Below are positions 55,742-63,820 of a stretch of 64,000 bases of DNA, piece after piece (position 1 is the stretch's first letter; each line of letters starts with the position of its first letter). Where the stretch lies: the IMG/VR virus record IMGVR_UViG_3300018004_000004, positions 124,001 through 188,000 of that record. One strand, 5' to 3'. The notes beneath the pieces were generated by a model that saw nothing but the letters and a program-made list of their open reading frames with translations, had not been told where the DNA came from and searched no databases. A program made the position numbers and the translations under genes.

Positions 55742-56275
55742 ATGCAGAAACTACTTCGGGTAGTAGTATTCTTACTACTCGCCGTAAGCCTGCTGTGGAC
55801 GCCCCCGACGTTCGCAGCACAATACCACCATGCCAGTCACGTAAAACTAGTTTACTGTGACTTTCATGTTTGCCTGGAGAAGCCCCACTATATAGGGAAG
55901 GCTTCTTTCTATGGCAAACATTACTGGCAAGGTCGCAAGATGGCGAACGGTAATCGTTTTGATTATCGCAAGCCGTCTATTGCTACCTGGGGTATTCCCC
56001 TAGGTACCATGGTCCGTGTGACAAACCTACGCAATGGCAAGTCCATTGTGGTTGAGGTCACTGACCGGGGCCCTGCTCATAGCCTTCATAGAGTCGCAGA
56101 CCTGTCTCAGGCTGCGGCCGAAGCCCTGGACTACGTCAAAGATGGAATGACGACGGTGATGATCCAGGTAGTTGTGCCAGTAGACACTGAGGTAGCAGTA
56201 CTTGACACTACCTTGGTGGAATCACCTGAACTTGTGAGCCTCGAGCCCCCTATTGTGGTGGCTGGAAAGGACTAG
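55742..56275 (+). CDS. rlpA: RlpA-family (DPBB) septal-ring lytic transglycosylase-like protein
   Basis: Signal peptide; GKASFYG...G.KMANG..F...PLGT.VRVTNL.NGKS.VV.V.DRGP...R..DLS..AA..L. Confidence 0.85.
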   Translation: MQKLLRVVVFLLLAVSLLWTPPTFAAQYHHASHVKLVYCDFHVCLEKPHYIGKASFYGKHYWQGRKMANGNRFDYRKPSIATWGIPLGTMVRVTNLRNGKSIVVEVTDRGPAHSLHRVADLSQAAAEALDYVKDGMTTVMIQVVVPVDTEVAVLDTTLVESPELVSLEPPIVVAGKD

Positions 56276-56278
56276 CCG

Positions 56279-56509
56279 ATGAGTGCAATCAAAGGCTCAG
56301 TTCGTAACTTCCTTCTTGGCAGGCCCGAACCTGTCAAGAAGGAAACTCCCGCGGATAAGCTTGCGCCCAGTCTGTGGGAGAAGAAGCAGCAAGTATACAA
56401 TGCCATCCGTAAGTATCAGGATGGCGAGTACAACAATCGCTGCGTCCTGGTTGGCCAGCTTGATGTTGCATTGAGCGGGCTCTATGATGAGCTCGTGAAG
56501 ATCTTGTGA
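56279..56509 (+). CDS. Hypothetical protein
   Basis: 76-aa ORF. Confidence 0.5.
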   Translation: MSAIKGSVRNFLLGRPEPVKKETPADKLAPSLWEKKQQVYNAIRKYQDGEYNNRCVLVGQLDVALSGLYDELVKIL

Positions 56510-56694
56510 TGCTCTACCCACTTTCACCCGACATAGTCGCAGAGCTGCAGAAGCAAAGCCACGCTTGGAAGTGGTGTTTTCACTGCAAGCACAAAGGCAA
56601 ATCAGAATGGAAACCTGCTGTGCAGTATTGTCCTGACTGCAAGCAGGTATTCTGTAAAGATCATTTGTCTTGTGCATGTGGCTCGGATGACTAG
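56506..56694 (+). CDS. B-box-like zinc finger protein
   Basis: CFHC...AVQYCPDCKQVFCKDH..C. Confidence 0.5.
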   Translation: MMLYPLSPDIVAELQKQSHAWKWCFHCKHKGKSEWKPAVQYCPDCKQVFCKDHLSCACGSDD

Positions 56695-56703
56695 GAGATC
56701 ATA

Positions 56704-57087
56704 GTGTCCAAACCACTCATAACAATACCAGCTGGATCCAGAGTTCTGTTGATAGAGGATTCTGGTGCTCGTATTGAATGGTTTCGTGAGCGTATTACTG
56801 AACGGCTGGATGTCGCTTGGACTCCCGAGATGGCACTAGAGCGCGCCGGACACTGTCTGGAATACGATTTGATCTTCTTGGATCACGATGCCAAGTGGAA
56901 TGATCCTCGTGTTACATTCTACGAGGCAGCATTGAGAATGGAACAACTTGAGTACCCAGGCACTGTGGTGATTCATTCACTCAATACGCCTGGCGCCAAG
57001 CGAATGGAGTATGCTTTGGGTCGGAATGCCAAGGTTGTACTATTGCGGTATGGCACATTCGAAATCGAGGTGAAGCATGGCTCTTGA
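56704..57087 (+). CDS. Cyclic-phosphate-processing receiver-like domain protein
   Basis: LLIED...R...YDLIFLDHD...VVIHSLNTPGAKRM. Confidence 0.75.
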   Translation: MSKPLITIPAGSRVLLIEDSGARIEWFRERITERLDVAWTPEMALERAGHCLEYDLIFLDHDAKWNDPRVTFYEAALRMEQLEYPGTVVIHSLNTPGAKRMEYALGRNAKVVLLRYGTFEIEVKHGS

Positions 57088-57775
57088 GGAAGTGATTCAG
57101 AGCCTATGGGTAAGCGGTAAACTCTCACCTATGGAGCACCTTTCAATAAGCTCCTACTTAAGGCATGGACATGAGTTCCATCTGTACACGTACGAGCCTG
57201 TTGATAACATCCCTCCTGGCACTATCGTAAAGGATGCGAATAGCATCATACCTTTGGATATGTACGATCCAAAGGACTTTACTTCTCTCGCTCTGTTCTC
57301 CGATTTCTTCCGTTACAAGCTGTTGCTTGATTGTGGTGGTTGGTGGTCAGATACAGACGCAGTGTGCATGCACACGTTTGACTTTGACTCACCTTATGTA
57401 TTCTCGTCCGAGGATACTAAGGAAGATGGTTGGCAAGTCAACGGAGGCACCATCAAAGCACCAAAGAACAGCGACGTCATGGCTTATTGCTGGCGGCGTT
57501 GTTTGGATACAGATCCACACACGGAACTGTGGGGAGTGTGCGGTCCTACATTGATCGCACAAGCCGTGAAGAAGATGTGGTTAGTCAGGTATGTGCAAGC
57601 TCCACATATCTTCTGTTCAGTGCCATGGTGGATGGTGTGGGACTTCAAGGACTTGGCATTCAAACCTGATCCGCTGGCATATGCCGTCCACTTGTGGAAT
57701 GCAATGTGGATCCAGGAACAGATGGATAAGAGTTTGATACCAACAAGTCTGAAGGAGGCAGCGTATGGCTCTTGA
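57077..57775 (+). CDS. DxD-motif glycosyltransferase (GT32/capsule-synthesis-like)
   Basis: QSLW..LS..E.LSI.S....GHEF.LY.Y; FSDFFRY.LL...GGWW.DTD; GP..I; YA.HLWN. Confidence 0.8.
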   Translation: MALEEVIQSLWVSGKLSPMEHLSISSYLRHGHEFHLYTYEPVDNIPPGTIVKDANSIIPLDMYDPKDFTSLALFSDFFRYKLLLDCGGWWSDTDAVCMHTFDFDSPYVFSSEDTKEDGWQVNGGTIKAPKNSDVMAYCWRRCLDTDPHTELWGVCGPTLIAQAVKKMWLVRYVQAPHIFCSVPWWMVWDFKDLAFKPDPLAYAVHLWNAMWIQEQMDKSLIPTSLKEAAYGS

Positions 57776-58475
57776 GGACATTCGAGCACCAGGACGTCAT
57801 GGAGCAAACATATACCGCATTGTCTATCGCTTCCTGCATGCTAACATTGGGAAGCCTTGGGCTAGCGTGTATTCCCGTTTGTGCGCCGTGGCCGATTCAC
57901 GCACGTACAAAGGCGAAGAGATCCGTCGTTGTATCGGCTATGAAGTCGATATCAATGGCTTCAGGACGAAGCGTTGGCGCAATGATCTCTTCGTCGATGA
58001 CGGTGGTATCCTGCGTGAGTTCAAGCAGGATCCCTGGAAGACGAGTTGGGACAGGGCAAGGAAGAATGCCTCTGTCACACGAATCCTCTTCGCGAAGGAT
58101 GGGCCTGATCTCTGGTATGAGATTACAGAGATCCCTGACGGGCCGCGCGCATCTAAGTACACCAAGATGCACAAGACCTGGTTCAGGGTCCTGCGTACGA
58201 TCGTAAAGGACACGCGTCCTTTGGATGAATGGGAGATTGAACGTGCTAAGATGGGTCTTACCAAGGCACAGCAAGGCAAGAAGAAGTGGTACAAGGAGAT
58301 CTCGACTGAGACGTACCACAGGACACAGGTAGGAAGCAAGCTACTGCATATTCTCCAGATAGTGGCTGCGAAGCGCAATCCACCTGGGTATAAGATCCTT
58401 CGGCTCGAGTATCACTGGAACCATGCCAAGGATGAGCACTCTATGAGTGCTTATGTTTCCGGACAAAGTCAATAA
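57765..58475 (+). CDS. Hypothetical basic protein
   Basis: RFL..N.GKPW..VYS.LC...D.R...G; 236 aa. Confidence 0.6.
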   Translation: MALEDIRAPGRHGANIYRIVYRFLHANIGKPWASVYSRLCAVADSRTYKGEEIRRCIGYEVDINGFRTKRWRNDLFVDDGGILREFKQDPWKTSWDRARKNASVTRILFAKDGPDLWYEITEIPDGPRASKYTKMHKTWFRVLRTIVKDTRPLDEWEIERAKMGLTKAQQGKKKWYKEISTETYHRTQVGSKLLHILQIVAAKRNPPGYKILRLEYHWNHAKDEHSMSAYVSGQSQ

Positions 58476-58503
58476 TCAGGAACGTACTGAACGTTCCAAG
58501 CAT

Positions 58504-58596
58504 AAGCAGGACTGTCATGGTTTGGCCTCACTGATTATGTAGCACGTTAGTGGCCATACCTTAAGCCTTGTGTTATCATAGGCTTCAGTCCTGCTT
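58504..58596 (+). ncRNA. Candidate three-way-junction RNA element
   Basis: 11-bp AAGCAGGACTG/CAGTCCTGCTT closing two hairpins (GGT..TGGC.CACTGA/TTAGTG-GCCA.ACC and AAGCCT/AGGCTT). Confidence 0.5.
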
Positions 58597-58638
58597 TACG
58601 TGTTTTTGGAGATGTATTCTGCAATAGGGGTGATGCAT

Positions 58639-59034
58639 ATGTCAACACTCAGAAATGCCTGGCAACGTTTCCTGCATTGGGATTTGGCGTACGCTGTCCG
58701 AGATTGGTTCGTCCAGATCTACCTCGAACGCGTTGTCCAATACCATGCTGTGACCAGCCAGGTCCTGTTCGACTTTAAGAACGGCGAATGGGAAGAGCTG
58801 ATCAGTGGTCCAGAAGACGATCGCACCAGTGGATTGGTGCACGTATTCATCGATCAGATGCTAGCCACCGGCGACCCAGCAAAGCTGGTGATCGTAGTTC
58901 ATACTCGCCAGGACAGTGGGTATGTCATGGGTATGACCCACGAGAAGAAACACAAGACATTCTTCTTCAGGGCCGGCACGTATGAAATGGCCCAGGCTTT
59001 CACAGACATCTGTCTGTGGATCAAGGAGGCATAG
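58639..59034 (+). CDS. Hypothetical protein
   Basis: 131 aa. Confidence 0.55.
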   Translation: MSTLRNAWQRFLHWDLAYAVRDWFVQIYLERVVQYHAVTSQVLFDFKNGEWEELISGPEDDRTSGLVHVFIDQMLATGDPAKLVIVVHTRQDSGYVMGMTHEKKHKTFFFRAGTYEMAQAFTDICLWIKEA

Positions 59035-59142
59035 ATGGTGAGCTCGATCCTTCTTGGATTAGCCGCCCTTTGTCTCTGGTTGGCAGGTGCTATTCGCTTC
59101 CCAGAGGCTTTTGGGCTGCGAACCCGAAAGAGAGGCCACTAA
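59035..59142 (+). CDS. Small membrane peptide (35 aa)
   Basis: Starts right after TAG, ends in TAATG; MVSSILLGLAALCLWLAGAIRF; RBS AAGGAGG. Confidence 0.5.
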   Translation: MVSSILLGLAALCLWLAGAIRFPEAFGLRTRKRGH

Positions 59143-59369
59143 TGGCCAAGTTGAAGGCAAACGTTCGCCCACGGCGCTGCAAACGCGACACACGTGTGTT
59201 TAAGGGCACGTGCTCGAACTGCCGCGACAAGAAAGTGGATGTAACCAAGGTCAAAGGCAGTCAGGTATGCATGGATAAGTGCCTGTCTGGCCTGATCATG
59301 GACAGACCGAAGGTATCTGATCCAGGCATCCTTCAGATACTGAAAGATGGCGTGCTCGGCACAAGTTAA
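59142..59369 (+). CDS. Small basic zinc-binding protein
   Basis: CSNC...CMDKC. Confidence 0.5.
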   Translation: MAKLKANVRPRRCKRDTRVFKGTCSNCRDKKVDVTKVKGSQVCMDKCLSGLIMDRPKVSDPGILQILKDGVLGTS

Positions 59370-59375
59370 GGCTCT

Positions 59376-59870
59376 ATGCTCTACAAATGTAAGAGATCAG
59401 GATGTAAGAACAGATTCTCCCGGAAAGGTATAGGAAAAGGGAGAAAACTATACTGTTCAGAGGAATGCGCCGATTTCATGCGCAACCAAAGATGGCGCCT
59501 TAAACATCCCGATAAGAGACGCCAATATTTGAACGAATGGCAGGAACAAAACCTTCCATTTCTTATGTTCTGGACGGCGAAGGGCAGAGCATCAAAGAAG
59601 CACTTAGATTTTGACATTGATGTCTCTGATGTCATTATTCCTGAGTTCTGTCCGGTGCTTGGTATTAGATTAGAGACCAAGCGCAATAAAGCAACCAGGT
59701 TCACTACTTCACCTTCCCTTGACAGGATAGATTCGACCAAGGGTTATGTGAAGGGTAATGTGCGCGTTATCTCCGCGCGCGCCAACTGTTTGAAGAACAA
59801 TGCTACAGTTGAAGAACTGGAGATGGTTCTGGCTGATTTAAGGGCCATTACTGGAGGATCCCATGGGTGA
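59376..59870 (+). CDS. HNH endonuclease with N-terminal zinc finger
   Basis: YCSEEC; CPVLG..L...SPSLDRIDSTKGYVKGNVRVIS.RAN.LK. Confidence 0.85.
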   Translation: MLYKCKRSGCKNRFSRKGIGKGRKLYCSEECADFMRNQRWRLKHPDKRRQYLNEWQEQNLPFLMFWTAKGRASKKHLDFDIDVSDVIIPEFCPVLGIRLETKRNKATRFTTSPSLDRIDSTKGYVKGNVRVISARANCLKNNATVEELEMVLADLRAITGGSHG

Positions 59871-59970
59871 TAACTTAGCAGGGCCTCTCGTAAGGGAAGC
59901 TATCAACCTATGCTTCCTCATACTTGTTCTCTGGGGCGCTTGGCGTCTACTAAGAAAGAAGCATAAGTGA
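59863..59970 (+). CDS. Small membrane peptide (35 aa)
   Basis: RBS GGAGG; NLCFLILVLWGAWRLLRKK. Confidence 0.5.
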   Translation: MGDNLAGPLVREAINLCFLILVLWGAWRLLRKKHK

Positions 59971-60179
59971 TGCCAATCATACTTATGCTGATTTCTTATT
60001 GCCTCCCCAGAAGAAATATAAAGACGTTTCTTTCTGGACAACTGCCACCATCTAAGTGGGATGATACCTTGCCAGTATGGAAGAGATACAGAGCGAAGTA
60101 CTCACAAAGGACCTTACAAGCTATTCATCCGAAACCTCCCATTGATTTGGAACCTCTTTGGGAAGATGTGGAGGTGTAA
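59967..60179 (+). CDS. Small hypothetical protein
   Basis: 70-aa ORF coupled to neighbours. Confidence 0.35.
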   Translation: MMPIILMLISYCLPRRNIKTFLSGQLPPSKWDDTLPVWKRYRAKYSQRTLQAIHPKPPIDLEPLWEDVEV

Positions 60180-60708
60180 TATCTACTTTTTTTTCGATGC
60201 CAACAGGTACTCATCTGTATTCACCCGGAAAGCCATACAGAACAAAGAGATAGGCAGTCTCTGGCTGACTTCCTGGCGTGATGTAGATACCAACGTGCGA
60301 CACGACATAGCGTACAAAGCCGAGACTAACAATCAGGCTGAGTACACCAGCATGCTGAACATCCTTAAGCATATCCGTGCCAACGCTCCTGGCATACGTC
60401 ACTGGCTGTCAGAGGCTACCATCATTGGTGACTCCCAGCTGGTGATTAACCAGATGACTGGCGAGTATGCCATTAAGGAAGAAGGACTTAGACCTCTGTT
60501 TCTGGAGGCGGTCAACCTCGTACACGTGTTGAAGGAAGAGTTCGACATCGTGGTACGTTTTTATTGGGTCCCGCGGGAGCTGAATAATGAAGCTCTCGAT
60601 CTCACCGCCAGGCTGAAAGATCTTCCTTCTCATCTACCTGTGACGGCCGAGGATATCGTGAAGGGACAAGCTGATGCAGAAGACCAGGGAAACGGAACTG
60701 AACCCTGA
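60166..60708 (+). CDS. rnhA: Ribonuclease HI-like protein
   Basis: FFFD; TNNQAEY; GDSQLVINQ..G.Y; WVPRE.N.EA.DL. Confidence 0.8.
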   Translation: MWRCNIYFFFDANRYSSVFTRKAIQNKEIGSLWLTSWRDVDTNVRHDIAYKAETNNQAEYTSMLNILKHIRANAPGIRHWLSEATIIGDSQLVINQMTGEYAIKEEGLRPLFLEAVNLVHVLKEEFDIVVRFYWVPRELNNEALDLTARLKDLPSHLPVTAEDIVKGQADAEDQGNGTEP

Positions 60709-61093
60709 TCTGGTCGTTGGCAGGGAAACTACCATCGACCGGCTGGGAAGGATCGTCTCCGATGCTGTCGAGCAGAAGAAGACGACCTTCCCTCAGCAAG
60801 TAATGTTGCTTCGGTCCTACGCCAGGAAGTTGTGCCCTGTCTACATGAACTGTCGCAGGGAGAACTGGTGTTGGCTGTGCAACTCTGGCGAGCGGGGTGT
60901 TTACAACCGCGGCGCGCTATGTTTGGAGTGTAAGCTGCTCGATAACTCCGCGCGTCTTCACTACAACAAGACATTGGTGCAGATCTCACAGACCGCGCAC
61001 AATCACACGGACCAAAGCGTGCCTATGAATGAGATCGGCAACAGTACTACAGAATCCAGTGAATGGCCGCGTGAGCGGACTACTCTGGGTTAG
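60674..61093 (+). CDS. Cys-rich hypothetical protein
   Basis: LCP...C...C..C...LC.EC. Confidence 0.5.
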   Translation: MQKTRETELNPDLVVGRETTIDRLGRIVSDAVEQKKTTFPQQVMLLRSYARKLCPVYMNCRRENWCWLCNSGERGVYNRGALCLECKLLDNSARLHYNKTLVQISQTAHNHTDQSVPMNEIGNSTTESSEWPRERTTLG

Positions 61094-61100
61094 GTGGTTG

Positions 61101-61155
61101 CAGGAAGCAGGCAAGCTAGGGCATAGACACCTGCCGTTTATGCTCTAGCTTCCTG
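61101..61155 (+). other. Long hairpin with potential bulge-loop pseudoknot
   Basis: 15-bp AGCTAGGGCATAGAC/GTTTATGCTCTAGCT with 2 G-U pairs; loop CCTGC complementary to upstream GCAGG. Confidence 0.5.
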
Positions 61156-61183
61156 TATCTATCTCGATTAGGAGAATCAGACC

Positions 61184-61627
61184 ATGAGTCAGAACAACAG
61201 ACAGTACCGCGGCGCCACGGTCGCGGAGTTCATTCCACAGGATCAGTTGGAAGAGATCAAGAAGTTTGCTCTCGGCCCTCAGACCTTGGAAGGGAAACTG
61301 GCGCTGTACGCGAAGTACGCCACGGAGCATGAGGTGGCCAATCCGAAGGATCCGAAGCGAAAGGATCGTCGGAGCCGTCTCGGTTCCTTCATCAACAAGA
61401 TGTTCAATACCGAGCTCGTTCTGCCTTCCACTGGCCGGCGTCAGCAGATCGGCAAAGCGATCAAGTTCGGGAAGGAATATCTCCAGGATCACTCCGATGT
61501 GTCCGTGTATTACGCGGCCGCCATGGGAGCTGCCCTCGAGTACCGCGAATGGATGGCCTGTATTGGCGGCCTTTCCGAAGCGCAACAGCTCGCAGTTCTG
61601 AACAACGACCAAGAGATCCCAGCGTAA
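61184..61627 (+). CDS. Hypothetical helical protein (strong codon bias)
   Basis: RBS AGGAGA; 147 aa. Confidence 0.65.
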   Translation: MSQNNRQYRGATVAEFIPQDQLEEIKKFALGPQTLEGKLALYAKYATEHEVANPKDPKRKDRRSRLGSFINKMFNTELVLPSTGRRQQIGKAIKFGKEYLQDHSDVSVYYAAAMGAALEYREWMACIGGLSEAQQLAVLNNDQEIPA

Positions 61628-61668
61628 TCTGATCTGTAACAGATCACGTGCTCTTAGAAAGGAGTATC

Positions 61669-61935
61669 ATGGTACGGCTAGGTGATCGAGTCAAAGACGA
61701 AATCAGTGGATTCACTGGTATCGTCACGGGACGCTTCGAATATTTGTATGGTTGCGTCCGTGCTTTTGTCCAGCCTGAAAAGATGGACAAAGGCAAACTA
61801 CTTGACGGTAATACCTTTGATGAGGATCAGCTGATCGTTGTCAAAGCAGCAGTGAGAGAAGGGGTTCCACCAAAGTCCAAGGTTCCAACTGGTGGTCCCC
61901 GAAGTCTCCGTGAAGTAGCTGGCGAGCGTCGCTAA
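61669..61935 (+). CDS. Small SH3-like conserved phage protein
   Basis: LGDRVKD.ISGF.GIVTGR.EYL.GC....VQP...FDE. Confidence 0.65.
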   Translation: MVRLGDRVKDEISGFTGIVTGRFEYLYGCVRAFVQPEKMDKGKLLDGNTFDEDQLIVVKAAVREGVPPKSKVPTGGPRSLREVAGERR

Positions 61936-61962
61936 GTACTAGCGTAGCTCAGTTCACGAGTT

Positions 61963-62030
61963 GGGAGGGTGGTTCGGAGACGGCACGGACTAATAACATC
62001 CGTGCTGTGTCCAACCATCTTCCTCTTTGT
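61963..62030 (+). terminator. Long imperfect hairpin followed by U-rich tract
   Basis: GGAGGGTGGTT/AACCATCTTCC + GGA/TCC + ACGGCACGGA/TCCGTGCTGT, then CTTTGTTT. Confidence 0.5.
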
Positions 62031-62052
62031 TTGATCATAGAAGGGGTCTTTC

Positions 62053-62244
62053 ATGCAACGTAATAAGTTAGCTGAAGCCCAGCTGATGTGTCTGCTAGCT
62101 CTTCTCCTTAGCGCGCTTTTGCTGCTGGGGAATATCTATCAGATGACAGTCATTGCAGAGCAGAAGATTCGTATCAAACAGCTCTGGCAAGATGCACAGC
62201 CCTGTATCATGAAGGGTGTGATGCCTCATGCCTCTCGACGTTAG
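62053..62244 (+). CDS. Small membrane-anchored protein
   Basis: N-terminal TM, coiled coil. Confidence 0.5.
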   Translation: MQRNKLAEAQLMCLLALLLSALLLLGNIYQMTVIAEQKIRIKQLWQDAQPCIMKGVMPHASRR

Positions 62245-62578
62245 ACCAGGAACACCCTTTGTTCGGGTATATAGCGTAAAGCATTTGGATTCTTTGATTC
62301 AGCGGGAGAAGCATATCTTCCAGCTGATTATGAACGATCGTCCCCCGGGCCCATCGCAAGTCAGACCAGATGGTACTCACGAGGTTGTGATGACTGTCCG
62401 ACCAAAGGGCTTCTTTGCCAGTTGGTCGGCAGAATGTAGGCAATCAGATTTCGGATATGAGTTGCTCTCTCGTGTCCTCGGTGACTGGAAAGGCAAGTAT
62501 GATGTTACTGTCTATTGCTTTGATCCAGACTGGTCGGCCCATGAAATAGCCCAGGAGATCTTGGAGTGGGGAACCTAG
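62228..62578 (+). CDS. Hypothetical protein
   Basis: 116 aa. Confidence 0.55.
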   Translation: MPLDVRPGTPFVRVYSVKHLDSLIQREKHIFQLIMNDRPPGPSQVRPDGTHEVVMTVRPKGFFASWSAECRQSDFGYELLSRVLGDWKGKYDVTVYCFDPDWSAHEIAQEILEWGT

Positions 62579-62802
62579 TAAAAGGAAGCTTTGTACGCCG
62601 TCGTGAAGACGGGTGTATTGGCGTCGTATCAGAAGTACGACCGGATGGCTATGCTTATGTCCGGTGGCTGCTCAGCTGGGATGAGACAGTGAGAGCTGCC
62701 CGGTATTGGTTGGACTACGTCAACATGGGAGATGTAGAAGAGCTGCCCGGCAATGAAGTGACGGAGCCGTTGTTCGACATAAAGAGATTGATCTTGGGAT
62801 GA
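62566..62802 (+). CDS. Small SH3-like protein
   Basis: GSFVRRR..G..G.V.EV...Y.YVRW. Confidence 0.5.
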   Translation: MGNLVKGSFVRRREDGCIGVVSEVRPDGYAYVRWLLSWDETVRAARYWLDYVNMGDVEELPGNEVTEPLFDIKRLILG

Positions 62803-62842
62803 CGAGAGTCATTCCAATACTCCGCACCATGGAAGGAGCAGT

Positions 62843-63202
62843 ATGGCTGAAAAGCAGATGAAGGTGCTCTGTCGCGAGCATTTCTTCGACCTACTTGATA
62901 GTGGGCACGAGGAGTTTCGCATCAAGACAGTGACACCTGGGAAGAACAGGCGCGAGATTCAGGAGGACGCTCCTTTTGATAAGGACGACCCGATGAGTTA
63001 CGTGCTTGTGAATCTCATTTTCGATGAGATCACCATCTTTGCCAAGGGTGATTTCTCGGCCCACGACATCGCCGAGGCGCAACGAGTCTACGGCGGAATC
63101 GAATCGAGCAGCTTCCAAGCTCAGATCGATCGACTGAAGAATGACGTCAAGGAGCTCAAGCAGCAGTTGTTAGTGCTCTCGAAGCTCCTTCAACCGGCGT
63201 AA
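62843..63202 (+). CDS. Hypothetical protein with C-terminal coiled coil
   Basis: RBS AAGGAG; 119 aa. Confidence 0.6.
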   Translation: MAEKQMKVLCREHFFDLLDSGHEEFRIKTVTPGKNRREIQEDAPFDKDDPMSYVLVNLIFDEITIFAKGDFSAHDIAEAQRVYGGIESSSFQAQIDRLKNDVKELKQQLLVLSKLLQPA

Positions 63203-63210
63203 AGGACAGC

Positions 63211-63248
63211 TATGGCAGGGCCTATTCCCGGAACCGGGCCCTGCTATA
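63211..63248 (+). other. Intergenic hairpin
   Basis: TATGGCAGGGCC/GGCCCTGCTATA. Confidence 0.45.
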
Positions 63249-63255
63249 ACCACAC

Positions 63256-63543
63256 ATGAAAAAGGAAAGCAAACTCTTTATCCAAGATTTACATTGGGCA
63301 GTTCAGCAGACAGCTCTGGCCATGCTTGCGCTTTTCAGCATGTTTGCAGGTGGCTATAACATATCTCTGCTGAGTGAAGCCCTCGATCCTAAGAAGCCCG
63401 GCCAGCCGGCCGCGGACTATGTAGGAAGTCTTATGGGCAATGTCTTCATGGCTTTAGTGATTGGCATTATCTGTATTGTGTGGTATCGTATACGTAAGCG
63501 GAACTACAATGAGGGCCGCCAACAAGAGGACAACGATGGCTAA
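63256..63543 (+). CDS. Two-helix membrane protein
   Basis: Two hydrophobic segments. Confidence 0.55.
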   Translation: MKKESKLFIQDLHWAVQQTALAMLALFSMFAGGYNISLLSEALDPKKPGQPAADYVGSLMGNVFMALVIGIICIVWYRIRKRNYNEGRQQEDNDG

Positions 63544-63820
63544 GTACGAAGTTCGGCTGTACTACAAAGGCAGGGCGGACTGGGACACAGAGTTCTTTGA
63601 CGCTACCAGCCACACTGGAGCACGAAATGAAGCTGCCAAGATTGCGAAGCAGCATCATGCTGATCATCACTGCGTAGGTCAGCCGACGCCTCAGGATGAG
63701 TACAAGCATTCTGGTCCTCTCTCGAAGACCAAGATCTCTGCCCTTGGGACGAACCCCAAGGAGCAAGTGGCTGCTGTTGAAACCATGTTTGGCATCAACA
63801 GCAAGAAGAAGAAAGAATGA
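63536..63820 (+). CDS. Hypothetical protein
   Basis: MAKYEVRLYY...; GAGGA RBS. Confidence 0.55.
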   Translation: MAKYEVRLYYKGRADWDTEFFDATSHTGARNEAAKIAKQHHADHHCVGQPTPQDEYKHSGPLSKTKISALGTNPKEQVAAVETMFGINSKKKKE

